17,389 bases of DNA from Terriglobia bacterium (GCA_965198225.1 CBDAOY010000001.1:1-17389), one strand, 5' to 3'; positions 1 through 7,550 are shown, numbered from the stretch's first letter. Translations and numbers: made by a program. The notes: generated from the sequence alone by a model not told the origin.

Positions 1-353
1 GCAATCGGGGCGATGCTTTCGACTTGCGAGAGCCAGGCCAGGACGGCGAAAGAAAGGCCCGCCAAGGCGGCGAACGGCCAGTGGGCGCCGAAGGGTGTTC
101 GCGCCTCCTCGCCGGGAAGGTCGAGCAGCATCAGGACAAAGAGGTAGAAAACCAGGATCGCGCCCGCGTACACGATGACCTGGACTGCTGCAAGGAACTC
201 CGCACTCAGAAGCAGGAAGATGCCCGCCACGTGCAGGAAGAGAGCCAGAACCCAGAGCATGCTGTGGACCGGGTTCTTGCGTGTAACGGCGAGGAGGGCG
301 CTTGCGACACTGGCGGCCGCCAGGTAATAGAAGGTTGCGGTAAGCAAGGTCAT
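1..353 (-). CDS. nuoJ: NADH-quinone oxidoreductase subunit J, 5' part (runs off the left edge)
   Basis: Not in the ORF track. Manual translation from the ATG at 353: MTLLTATFYYLAAASVASALLAVTRKNPVHSMLWVLALFLHVAGIFLLLSAEFLAAVQVIVYAGAILVFYLFVLMLLDL..., with the NuoJ hallmarks NPVHS, AEFLA and QVIVYAGAI. Frame stays open to the edge. Confidence 0.93.
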   Translation of the reverse strand, partial: MTLLTATFYYLAAASVASALLAVTRKNPVHSMLWVLALFLHVAGIFLLLSAEFLAAVQVIVYAGAILVFYLFVLMLLDLPGEEARTPFGAHWPFAALAGLSFAVLAWLSQVESIAPI

Positions 354-454
354 TAGCCGGGTTGATTGCCGGAGATGTGAATCTCGCAGTAGTGGACCGC
401 GTGACTTCGAGCTCTGGTCCAGTCGACAACGTTGCCGAGCGACAACCTTCTCAT
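353..454 (-). CDS. Putative 33-aa ORF overlapping the nuoJ start (TAATG); weak resemblance to the NuoB N-terminus
   Basis: ATG at 454 is preceded by purine-rich GGAAAGGGA. Peptide MRRLSLGNVVDWTRARSHAVHYCEIHISGNQPG. Its TAA overlaps the nuoJ ATG. Confidence 0.3.
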   Translation of the reverse strand: MRRLSLGNVVDWTRARSHAVHYCEIHISGNQPG

Positions 455-572
455 GATTTCTGTTGGTCCCTTTCCAGTAGTCCGACCGGGGTTTTGGTCT
501 TTTGTGCGGAAACGCGCGGATAGTCTACAACGCTTTGCGGCCTCCGTGGAACCCAAAGGTCCGGCCGCATTC

Positions 573-773
573 GAAATCGGAGATCGGAAAATGCCCGATT
601 CGTAATTGGCCGGAGTTTCGGCCAAGAAATAGATCTGAAATGAAGCAATTTCCAATGAGCAACCTGCAATGTGGATTGTTCAGATATCGCGATGTGCGAT
701 AGGACAGACGAGTCCATCTATCGCAGGTTTATTAATGTACAAGTCCGGATCGGAAGTTGGAGGTTGGAAATTG
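573..773. repeat. Degenerate 7-bp-period repeat arrays in both orientations
   Basis: GAAATCG GAGATCG GAAAATG (573-593); CAATTTC CAATGAG CAACCTG CAATGTG (646-673); GAAGTTG GAGGTTG GAAATTG (753-773). Confidence 0.55.
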
Positions 774-848
774 CTCGATTTGTCATTGGCCGGGAATCTG
801 AGTGAATGCTAACCTCATAGCCGCAACTCCCTGACGAGGCAGGTTTCC

Positions 849-1280
849 ATGAAGCTGATCTCCCATCTCCTGAACGACAAGGGTCGGGAAATCTGGTCCC
901 TGACCCCGGACGCCACGGTCTACGAGGCGATCGATCAGATGGCGAAGAGGGGTGTCGGAGCGCTGCTGGTCATGGAGGCCGAGCGGCTCGTCGGCATCGT
1001 TTCCGAGCGTGACTACGCTCGCAAGGTGATTCTGCAGGGGAAGGCGTCGCGGGAAATCCAGGTTCGCGAGATCATGTCCTTTCCGGTCATCTGCGCTCGT
1101 CCCGAGCTCACGATCGAGGAGGCGATGGCCCTCATGACCGACAAACGGGTCCGTCATCTGCCGGTGGTGGTCGACGAGAAAGTCGTCGGCGTGATCTCGA
1201 TCGGCGACGTGGTGCGGGGCATCGTCGAAGACAACGAATTCCACATCCACGAGCTGATCAACTACATCACTGGCCGGTGA
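849..1280 (+). CDS. Tandem CBS-domain protein (143 aa)
   Basis: Two CBS repeats: TVYEAIDQM...VGALLV...LVGIVSERDY and VREIMS...EEAMALMTDKRVRHLPVV...GVISIGDVV. GAGGCAGG lies upstream. Confidence 0.93.
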   Translation: MKLISHLLNDKGREIWSLTPDATVYEAIDQMAKRGVGALLVMEAERLVGIVSERDYARKVILQGKASREIQVREIMSFPVICARPELTIEEAMALMTDKRVRHLPVVVDEKVVGVISIGDVVRGIVEDNEFHIHELINYITGR

Positions 1281-1289
1281 ATTAGCCGG

Positions 1290-1388
1290 TCAGCGTTCAG
1301 CCTTCAGCTTTCAGCCAGGCAGGCCAGTACAGGTCTGCGGAGCACTACCGGTTCTCAAAAGCTGATTGCCGAGAGCTGATCGCCGATA
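1290..1388. repeat. Inverted pair of heptamer tandem arrays between convergent genes (possible terminator or processing hairpin)
   Basis: TCAGC at 1290, 1297, 1304 and 1311, and complementary GCTGA/GCCGA at 1361, 1368, 1375 and 1382, each with exact 7-nt spacing. Confidence 0.75.
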
Positions 1389-1390
1389 CT

Positions 1391-3121
1391 TCAGGCGGAA
1401 GGCGGGGGCACGTAGCCGGGAATCTTTGAGAGATCCACATCGTCGATCTGGTCGGAGTCCAAGTACTGCCTGGCATACTTCAGGTAGACTTTTTCCCACA
1501 CGAACACGTCGAACAGATCCGGGTCGATATGCCCGTCGAGTTTCAGCCTGCCCAGAATCTCGAGCGATTCCGACAGGGTCTTGGCTTTCTTATAGGGCCG
1601 ATCCGCGGCGGTGAGGGCCTCGAAGATGTCGGCGATCCCCATGCACCGGGCCTGTACGGACATCTGTTCACGAGTCAGACCGCGCGGATAACCCTTGCCG
1701 TCCATACGTTCGTCATGGCCGCCCGCGTACTCGGGCACGTTCTTGAGGTGGTTCGGCCACGGCAGCGCCTCGAGCATCTGGTTTGTAACCTCGATGTGAC
1801 GGTTGATGATCTGACGCTCCGCGTCGGTCAAGGTGCCGCGGCGTATCGTCAGGTTCTGGACCTCGTCGTCGGTCAGGAAGTCCCTCCGACGGCCCTCGGG
1901 GTCGCTCCAGCGGTACTTCTCCGAGATGTCTTTCACTCTCTGAACGTGTTCCGGCTTCATAGCCTCGCCGCCGACGTTGCAAAAACGGAGGAACTCGCGG
2001 TCTTCTTCGATTTCCTGCACACGCTGTACGAAATCGGTTTCGATTCTGCCGGCGCTCTGGGCGTCGAGCTTTGCCTGAAGCATGGCGATTTCGGCGTCCC
2101 GTCGAATCACTTCGAAACGAGTGTCGATCGTCGCGATGCGATCGTGAATCGTTTCCAGCTTGGTTGCCTTGTCGACGACGTGTACCGGAGTGGTGACCTT
2201 GCCGCAGTCGTGCAGGAGTCCGGCGATCTTGAGCTCGTGCCGGTCCTTGTCGCTCATCGTGAAGCTTCGGAGCGGTCCGACGCTGCAGTCGTTGACCGCT
2301 TCTGCCAGCAGCATGGTCAGCAGCGGTACGCGATCGCAATGTGCGCCCGTATATGGTGACTTGTCGTCGATTGCGCCGTTGACGAGGTCTATGAACGACT
2401 CGAACAGGTTCTCCAGATGGGTGATCAGCAGGCGATTGGTGAGCGCGATCGCAGCCTGTGACGCCAGCGACTCGGCTAGTTGCTGGTCCTCCGATGAGAA
2501 TCCTACGACGCTACCGGTTGCCCGTTCCGTGGCGTTCAGCAACTGCAGGACGCCGATGATCTCGTTCTGGTGGTTCTTCATCGGTACGGTCAGGAAAGAC
2601 TTCGAGCGATAGCCGGTCTTCCGGTCGAACTCCCTGGTACCGGAGAAATCAAAACCCTCTTCAGTGTAGGCGTCCGTGATGTTGAGCGAAGTGTCGTGGT
2701 GGTAGGCGTAGGCCACGACATTCGAATGGATCGGCTGACCTTCCCCGTCGTACAGTTGTAGAGGGCCGAACGGAACCTCTGAACCAGTTGCCCCGCCCAT
2801 CGCGATGTCGAGCGAATCGGTTCGCAACATCTCGAACTGGAGCGTGCGCTCCTCGGTGACACGGTAGATCGTCCCCCCGTCGGCATTGGTCGTTGTCTGC
2901 GCCGCAACCAGGATGGTTTCCAGCAACCGATCGATGTCGGTTTCCCCCGAGAGCGCGACACCGACCTGATTGAGTTGCTCCAATCGCTCGACCAGATCAT
3001 CCGGGTCCGGCGAGCGCTCGCCCCGGACCAGACGCAAACGTGGCGCAAACGGCACAACCTCGCCACCCTCGGTCGCGCCCTCGAATACAGGCTCGATCTC
3101 GTCCTTCCTTAATATCCGCAT
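1391..3121 (-). CDS. GAF + HD-GYP domain cyclic-dinucleotide phosphodiesterase family protein (576 aa)
   Basis: GAF domain (GYRSKSFLTVPMKNHQNEIIGVLQLLN...SQAAIAL). HD-GYP motifs KSPYTGAHCDRV, LLHDCGK, HDERMDGKGYPRGL and IADIFEALTAADRPYK. Confidence 0.92.
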   Translation of the reverse strand: MRILRKDEIEPVFEGATEGGEVVPFAPRLRLVRGERSPDPDDLVERLEQLNQVGVALSGETDIDRLLETILVAAQTTTNADGGTIYRVTEERTLQFEMLRTDSLDIAMGGATGSEVPFGPLQLYDGEGQPIHSNVVAYAYHHDTSLNITDAYTEEGFDFSGTREFDRKTGYRSKSFLTVPMKNHQNEIIGVLQLLNATERATGSVVGFSSEDQQLAESLASQAAIALTNRLLITHLENLFESFIDLVNGAIDDKSPYTGAHCDRVPLLTMLLAEAVNDCSVGPLRSFTMSDKDRHELKIAGLLHDCGKVTTPVHVVDKATKLETIHDRIATIDTRFEVIRRDAEIAMLQAKLDAQSAGRIETDFVQRVQEIEEDREFLRFCNVGGEAMKPEHVQRVKDISEKYRWSDPEGRRRDFLTDDEVQNLTIRRGTLTDAERQIINRHIEVTNQMLEALPWPNHLKNVPEYAGGHDERMDGKGYPRGLTREQMSVQARCMGIADIFEALTAADRPYKKAKTLSESLEILGRLKLDGHIDPDLFDVFVWEKVYLKYARQYLDSDQIDDVDLSKIPGYVPPPSA

Positions 3122-3248
3122 GTCCTGCTCGATGTCGCTGTATGTTCCTGAATAGACCGGGACTTTCAGCGGTTCCCCAAGTTTCTTATCGGCAGGGCTT
3201 TGAAGTTCACTTAGCGACCCGGCGCAGCGGCAGAAGAGCTGATTATTG

Positions 3249-3377
3249 GAAATCCGAGATTGGAGATTCGAGATTGCCGATCGCTTGGATCCCTACAATT
3301 TTCATTCTCGAAAAATTGTGAACCTGGATTTAGTGAATTTCCAATGTGGACTCTGCGGTCGAAAACCTGCAATGTAT
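3249..3377. repeat. Degenerate heptamer arrays related to those at 573-773
   Basis: GAAATCC GAGATTG GAGATTC GAGATTG (3249-3276). AATTTCCAATG (3336-3346) and AACCTGCAATGT (3364-3375) are identical to 647-657 and 661-672. Confidence 0.55.
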
Positions 3378-3439
3378 TGAGACATTGAGTCTTCGCGTCG
3401 GATGGGGAGGTTACCGAACGCGAAACGAAAATACGCTAG

Positions 3440-5064
3440 GAGCCTGTCGGGAATAGATTCACGGATCGGAAGAGCAGTCCGGACCTGAGATGGCTGAAGA
3501 GATTGGTAGAAAGAGGCATTATGAAATGCTTTCTGATCGACGATCTGGACCAGGGCTTGTTGATGCCGCCGTCGTTACACGACTGGCTACCGGAGAATCA
3601 CCTGGCGCGATTCGTGGTGGATTTGGTGGACACGTTGGATCTTTCGGCATTCTACCGGTCCTACGAGGAGAAGGACGGGAGGGGGCAGGCGGCGTACCAT
3701 CCAGTGATGATGGTGCGGTTGTTGATTTATGGCTATTGCACCGGAGTGGTCAGCTCGCGGCAGATCGAGAAGCGGACGTACGAGGATGTGGCGTTTCGGT
3801 ACCTGAGTGCGGATTCCCATCCGGATCACAGCACGGTGAGCGAGTTTCGGAAGCGGCATTTGGGAGCACTGGCGGGACTGTTCCTGCAAGCGCTGCAATT
3901 GTGCCAGAAGGCGGGGCTGGTGAAACTGGGGCATGTGGCGGTGGACGGGAGCAAGGTGCAGGGGAACGCAAGCAAACACAAGGCGATGAGTTACGGTCGG
4001 ATGTGTGAATCCGAGGAGAAGTTGAAGGCCGAAGTGGAAGAGTTGCTCCGGCAGGCCGAAGCGGCGGATGCGGCCGAGGATGAGAAGGAACGGCGAGGAC
4101 AGGCCGACAAGTTACCCGACGAGTTGGCCCGGCGTGAAAGTCGGCTGAAGAAGATCCGGGAGGCGAAGGCGGCACTGGAAGCCGAAGCCCAGCAGAAGGC
4201 CGAGGAGACGAAGGCGGCCGCGGAAGCCCGAACCGCCGAACGGCTCCAGAAGGAGGCTGAGACAGGTCGGAAGACTCCGGGACGCCCACCGCAGGTTCCC
4301 GATCCCGAGCAGGCGGTGCCGGAACCAAAGGCGCAACGGAACTTCACGGACCCGGACAGCCGGATCATGCCCGACGGGGCGCACAAAGGCAGCTTCGTAC
4401 AGGCCTACAATGCACAGATTGCCGTGGATAGCGAAGCACAGATCATCGTGGCCGCCAACATCACGCAGCAGAGCAACGACAAACAACAACTGGCACCGAT
4501 GTTGGAACAGGTGAAGCAGAATACGGGAGCCTCCCCGGTGGCGTGCAGTGCCGATACCGGCTATTGGAGCCCGGAGCAAGTCGCCGACAAGCGGGTTGAA
4601 GGCATCGACCTGCACGTGGCGACAGGCAGGGATAAACATGGCGCATCGGCCGCACCCATCCAGGTATCGGATGAAGGTGACCTTCTGCAGCAAATGAGAC
4701 AGAAACTCCAAAGCGAGGCCGGCCGGGCGGTTTACAAGATGCGCAAGGCGATTGTGGAACCGGTATTCGGACAGATCAAGGAATGCCGGCACTTCCGCCG
4801 GTTCAGTCTCCGCGGACTGGAGAACGTGCAGGCAGAGTGGACGCTGGTGTGCCTGACACACAATCTATTGAAACTGTATCGCGCGGGACGGGGTGATACA
4901 GATGTCGGCAGCATGAATCAAGGTCCAGGGTTCTTGGAAAGCAGCTTCTACAGACAACATACAGGCTGTCTCCGCTCCATTTGGATTGTCTGTGACTCTT
5001 TTCGCCGCCTCTTCATCCAATACGCCGCCTTGCATCCTTCAATAACCTTATTGCCGACAGGCTC
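3440..5064 (+). mobile_element. Complete IS1182-family insertion sequence, 1625 bp, with CTAG target-site duplication
   Basis: Left IR GAGCCTGTCGGGAATA (3440-3455) and right IR TATTGCCGACAGGCTC (5049-5064) are 15/16 complementary. CTAG flanks both ends (3436-3439 and 5065-5068). Because CTAG is palindromic, the IR/TSD boundary is an interpretation. Single transposase inside. Confidence 0.92.
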
Positions 5065-5068
5065 CTAG
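3521..5068 (+). CDS. IS1182-family DDE transposase
   Basis: LLMPPSLHDWLPENHLARFV, AYHPVMMVRLLIYGY, SSRQIEKR, PDHSTVSEFR, AVDGSK, NFTDPDSRIM, AYNAQ, ADTGY, RKAIVEPVFGQIK, RGLENVQAEW...HNL. ATG at 3521 with AGAGG upstream is preferred over TTG at 3503. Confidence 0.93.
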   Translation: MKCFLIDDLDQGLLMPPSLHDWLPENHLARFVVDLVDTLDLSAFYRSYEEKDGRGQAAYHPVMMVRLLIYGYCTGVVSSRQIEKRTYEDVAFRYLSADSHPDHSTVSEFRKRHLGALAGLFLQALQLCQKAGLVKLGHVAVDGSKVQGNASKHKAMSYGRMCESEEKLKAEVEELLRQAEAADAAEDEKERRGQADKLPDELARRESRLKKIREAKAALEAEAQQKAEETKAAAEARTAERLQKEAETGRKTPGRPPQVPDPEQAVPEPKAQRNFTDPDSRIMPDGAHKGSFVQAYNAQIAVDSEAQIIVAANITQQSNDKQQLAPMLEQVKQNTGASPVACSADTGYWSPEQVADKRVEGIDLHVATGRDKHGASAAPIQVSDEGDLLQQMRQKLQSEAGRAVYKMRKAIVEPVFGQIKECRHFRRFSLRGLENVQAEWTLVCLTHNLLKLYRAGRGDTDVGSMNQGPGFLESSFYRQHTGCLRSIWIVCDSFRRLFIQYAALHPSITLLPTGS

Positions 5069-5086
5069 AGGGAGGTTGGTGAGGAC

Positions 5087-5395
5087 ATGGGTACGTTTGT
5101 AAAGGTGGCGAGGATGGACGAGATTCCGGCCGGGCAGGCAAAGAAGGTCGAGGCCGGTGGCAAGCAGGTCGCTCTCTTTAACGTGGACGGGCAGTGCTAT
5201 GCGATCGACGACACGTGCACACACGTAGGTGGTTCGCTCTCGGAGGGAAGTATTGCCGGCAAGGAAGTCAGGTGTCCCTGGCACGGTGCAACCTTCGATG
5301 TTACGAGCGGCGAAGTACTCGGACCTCCAGCGGCGGCCGGAGTTTCCTGCTACGCCGTTCGTGTCGCCGAGGGTGACATCGAGATCGAAGTGTGA
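5087..5395 (+). CDS. Rieske-type [2Fe-2S] ferredoxin (102 aa)
   Basis: Rieske ligands CTH (DDTCTHVGGSL) and CPWH (RCPWHGATFDVTSG). RBS GGAGG/GAGGA. Confidence 0.94.
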   Translation: MGTFVKVARMDEIPAGQAKKVEAGGKQVALFNVDGQCYAIDDTCTHVGGSLSEGSIAGKEVRCPWHGATFDVTSGEVLGPPAAAGVSCYAVRVAEGDIEIEV

Positions 5396-5434
5396 GCGAG
5401 GTCTGTCCGAGGCCACAGAGTTCGTGGTGCGAAT

Positions 5435-5469
5435 AGCGTGGGGTCCTCGAAGCCTGGTGACCCCACGCT
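5435..5469. repeat. REP-like 11-bp-stem palindrome downstream of the Rieske gene (possible terminator)
   Basis: AGCGTGGGGTC - 13 nt - GACCCCACGCT. No U-tract follows. Confidence 0.6.
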
Positions 5470-5503
5470 CATGGAAGACGTGAACGAATCATAGAGCCCA
5501 AAC

Positions 5504-5577
5504 GTGTAGGTGCGGTCTATGACCGCACAACTCGTGAATCCAGGGCCATTTTGTGCGCTCATAGAGCGCACCTACAC
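5504..5577. repeat. Inverted REP doublet (REPIN/BIME-like), GTAG family
   Basis: GTAG-GTGCGGTC-TAT-GACCGCAC (5506-5528) and the inverted copy GTGCGCTC-ATA-GAGCGCAC-CTAC (5553-5575). Confidence 0.8.
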
Positions 5578-5684
5578 CGGCGTGGGGGACCGTCCGGCGT
5601 AGGCGTTCCCTGAATCCGCAGTTGAGATCCATGTTTGTCGGCTCGGGACGTGCGATGAGAGTGGGACGGTGGGCCCGACGCTAA

Positions 5685-7040
5685 TTAAATGGTCTCGCCG
5701 CCGATCTTGTTCATGTACATATTCTGATCAGCGAGCTGGATGAAAGAGAGGATTTCGGTGGCGTCGGAAGGAATCTCGGCGTGACCGATGCTCAGGCTCA
5801 ATCCTGGCGGCAGAAGGTTCGAATCCACCGCACCGGCCAGGCTCTGCCGCAGTTCCCTCGCCTTGGCAGCCGCTTCCTCGCCGCTGCACGTCATCAGGAC
5901 GAGGAACTCGTCCCAGCCCCATCGGACCACATAGTCGGCTTCGCGTATCTGGTGCCTGAGGAAGTCGCCGACGTATTTCAATACCTGATCGCCGACGGCG
6001 TGGCCGAATGAATCGTTGATGTTCTTGAATCGATCGATATCGACAAATAGAAGCGACAGCGGCGTGTCGTAGCGGCGGTGACGCTCCAGTTCCCGGTCGA
6101 GGTTCTGCTCCAGGGAGTGGCGATTGTTGCACCCGGTCAGTGCGTCCACCGTCGCCATGCGTTCCAGCTCTCCCTGCGCCTCTCGCAGTTCGCGGTTGGC
6201 CCCCCGCAGTTCGTGAGCTATTTCTTCGAAGACAGCCAGATGCATCCCGAACGCCGCAAGGAGGAAGCTCAGAGAGTTCACCGTGAGAAAAACAAGGAGC
6301 GCCTGGTCAGAAGTGAGGGTGCGTTCGAAAAAGGTGCCGAACGCCAGGTTCGCGACACCGATCGCGCCCAGGCTGAGAGCCAGCATCAGGGCTCCGAGCA
6401 GCCTGCGTTGTCGGAAAACCGACGCGAACAGGGTCGCGGCCCGGGTGTGGATCAAGCCTGTCAAAATGTACGCGGGCGCCAGAACCATGGGGACGCTCAA
6501 GCGGTCGTCGCTGACGGCAAGCCACACCAGGAGGCCAGGAATGAGTACCCAATCCTTGTTCGAGTACGCGGTCGTTCCCCCGAAGCTGTGCGCGCTGCGA
6601 AGGAGCAGGAGCGCCGCCCCCACCTTTAGAATCTCGAGCACCCCCATCGCCAGCCCCGCCTCGTCGGCGTTCGCATAGCCCCGGGAAATGATGTAGCCCA
6701 CCAGCGCGACGAGCAGCCACACACCGATCCATTCCGCGATATACCTCCGGCGGCGGTAGGCATACAGGATCGACAGAAGCCCGGCAATCAGGATGCCGAT
6801 GTAGGTAGAGGTTCTTCTCGGATTGTCTGTCGATGGTAACGGGTTCGCCAGCGGGCCCTCGAAGCTCAGGTCCAGCAAACGGCCCGAAATAGCCTCCCAC
6901 TCGGACTCCGAGTCCTGTCCCGGGTCGTCGAACAGTGACACGGACAGACCTATGGCGATGAGCGCCACAGCGGACAACAGAATCGCAGTTCTGGACCTGG
7001 TTACCCATACCCCATGTTCGGTTACCTGCTCAGCGCGCAT
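5685..7040 (-). CDS. Multi-TM membrane protein with coiled coil and C-terminal GGDEF domain (A-site reads GWDEF)
   Basis: Many hydrophobic helices, then ATVDALTGCNNR, LFVDIDRFKNINDSFGHAVGDQVL, READ (RxxD), RWGWDEF, SLSIG and ADQNMY. Start codon uncertain. Confidence 0.9.
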   Translation of the reverse strand: MRAEQVTEHGVWVTRSRTAILLSAVALIAIGLSVSLFDDPGQDSESEWEAISGRLLDLSFEGPLANPLPSTDNPRRTSTYIGILIAGLLSILYAYRRRRYIAEWIGVWLLVALVGYIISRGYANADEAGLAMGVLEILKVGAALLLLRSAHSFGGTTAYSNKDWVLIPGLLVWLAVSDDRLSVPMVLAPAYILTGLIHTRAATLFASVFRQRRLLGALMLALSLGAIGVANLAFGTFFERTLTSDQALLVFLTVNSLSFLLAAFGMHLAVFEEIAHELRGANRELREAQGELERMATVDALTGCNNRHSLEQNLDRELERHRRYDTPLSLLFVDIDRFKNINDSFGHAVGDQVLKYVGDFLRHQIREADYVVRWGWDEFLVLMTCSGEEAAAKARELRQSLAGAVDSNLLPPGLSLSIGHAEIPSDATEILSFIQLADQNMYMNKIGGETI

Positions 7041-7099
7041 TATAGCGGTGTCTATCCGTTCCTCGCCACGCCAGTTCGCCCCGGCGCGAACTTACCTGA

Positions 7100-7264
7100 T
7101 AGTGGCCTGTAACAGTGCTATCGGCCCGAAGGGTTCGTCGGAACGGCGCCGTCTTCGGTGTCGTAACACCCTCGCAATGAAACAGCATTGGCTCGGGCGT
7201 CACTCCTAGAATCCGACGCCGTTCCGCCGAACGCTGGTACCGATAGCACTGTTACAGGCCACTA
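7100..7264. mobile_element. MITE-like non-autonomous element, copy 1 (165 bp)
   Basis: Perfect 25-bp TIR TAGTGGCCTGTAACAGTGCTATCGG / CCGATAGCACTGTTACAGGCCACTA. Internally palindromic. A near-identical second copy lies at 15905-16179. Confidence 0.8.
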
Positions 7265-7550
7265 GTGAACCCCCGACCCGTTTCGTCCTGCGACCGCGTG
7301 CCCGTGTTTGTTCATTGGAATCGGCCAGACCCGTAAAATGATGAGATCAAATCGAGGTCCGGGGGCTTAGAGCCTCGACGCGGCAATAGCATGCGCCGGG
7401 CCCACAGCGGGCATTTGACCCGAACCCCTTCCTCCCGTACTATTTACGGATTCTAGTGGCCGGAACCTGGCAAAGGAACGCCTGTTACGCGTATTGACGC
7501 GGATCAAGCGTCAGTGCGGTCTGTGGCGGTACACGTTGAGGAGGCAGTCG

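Noticed and set aside
24-356. 110-aa plus-strand ORF
   Set aside because: Antisense shadow of nuoJ.
1529-3066. Several long ORFs overlapping the HD-GYP gene, and likewise over the transposase, GGDEF, kinase, reductase, DUF1223 and BON genes
   Set aside because: Alternative-frame or antisense shadows typical of high-GC DNA, with no recognisable motifs.
3316-3333. TTGTGAA as a possible Rex operator
   Set aside because: Half-site only; the TTCACAA partner is absent.
5657-5668. GAGAGTGGGACG resembling part of a c-di-GMP-I riboswitch
   Set aside because: Flanking GCAAA and GAAA elements and stems are missing, and it lies between convergent 3' ends.
7453-7461. CTAGTGGCC (and CTAGTGGC at 16308) as extra MITE ends
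   Set aside because: Only 8-9 bp match, with no partner TIR or internal similarity.
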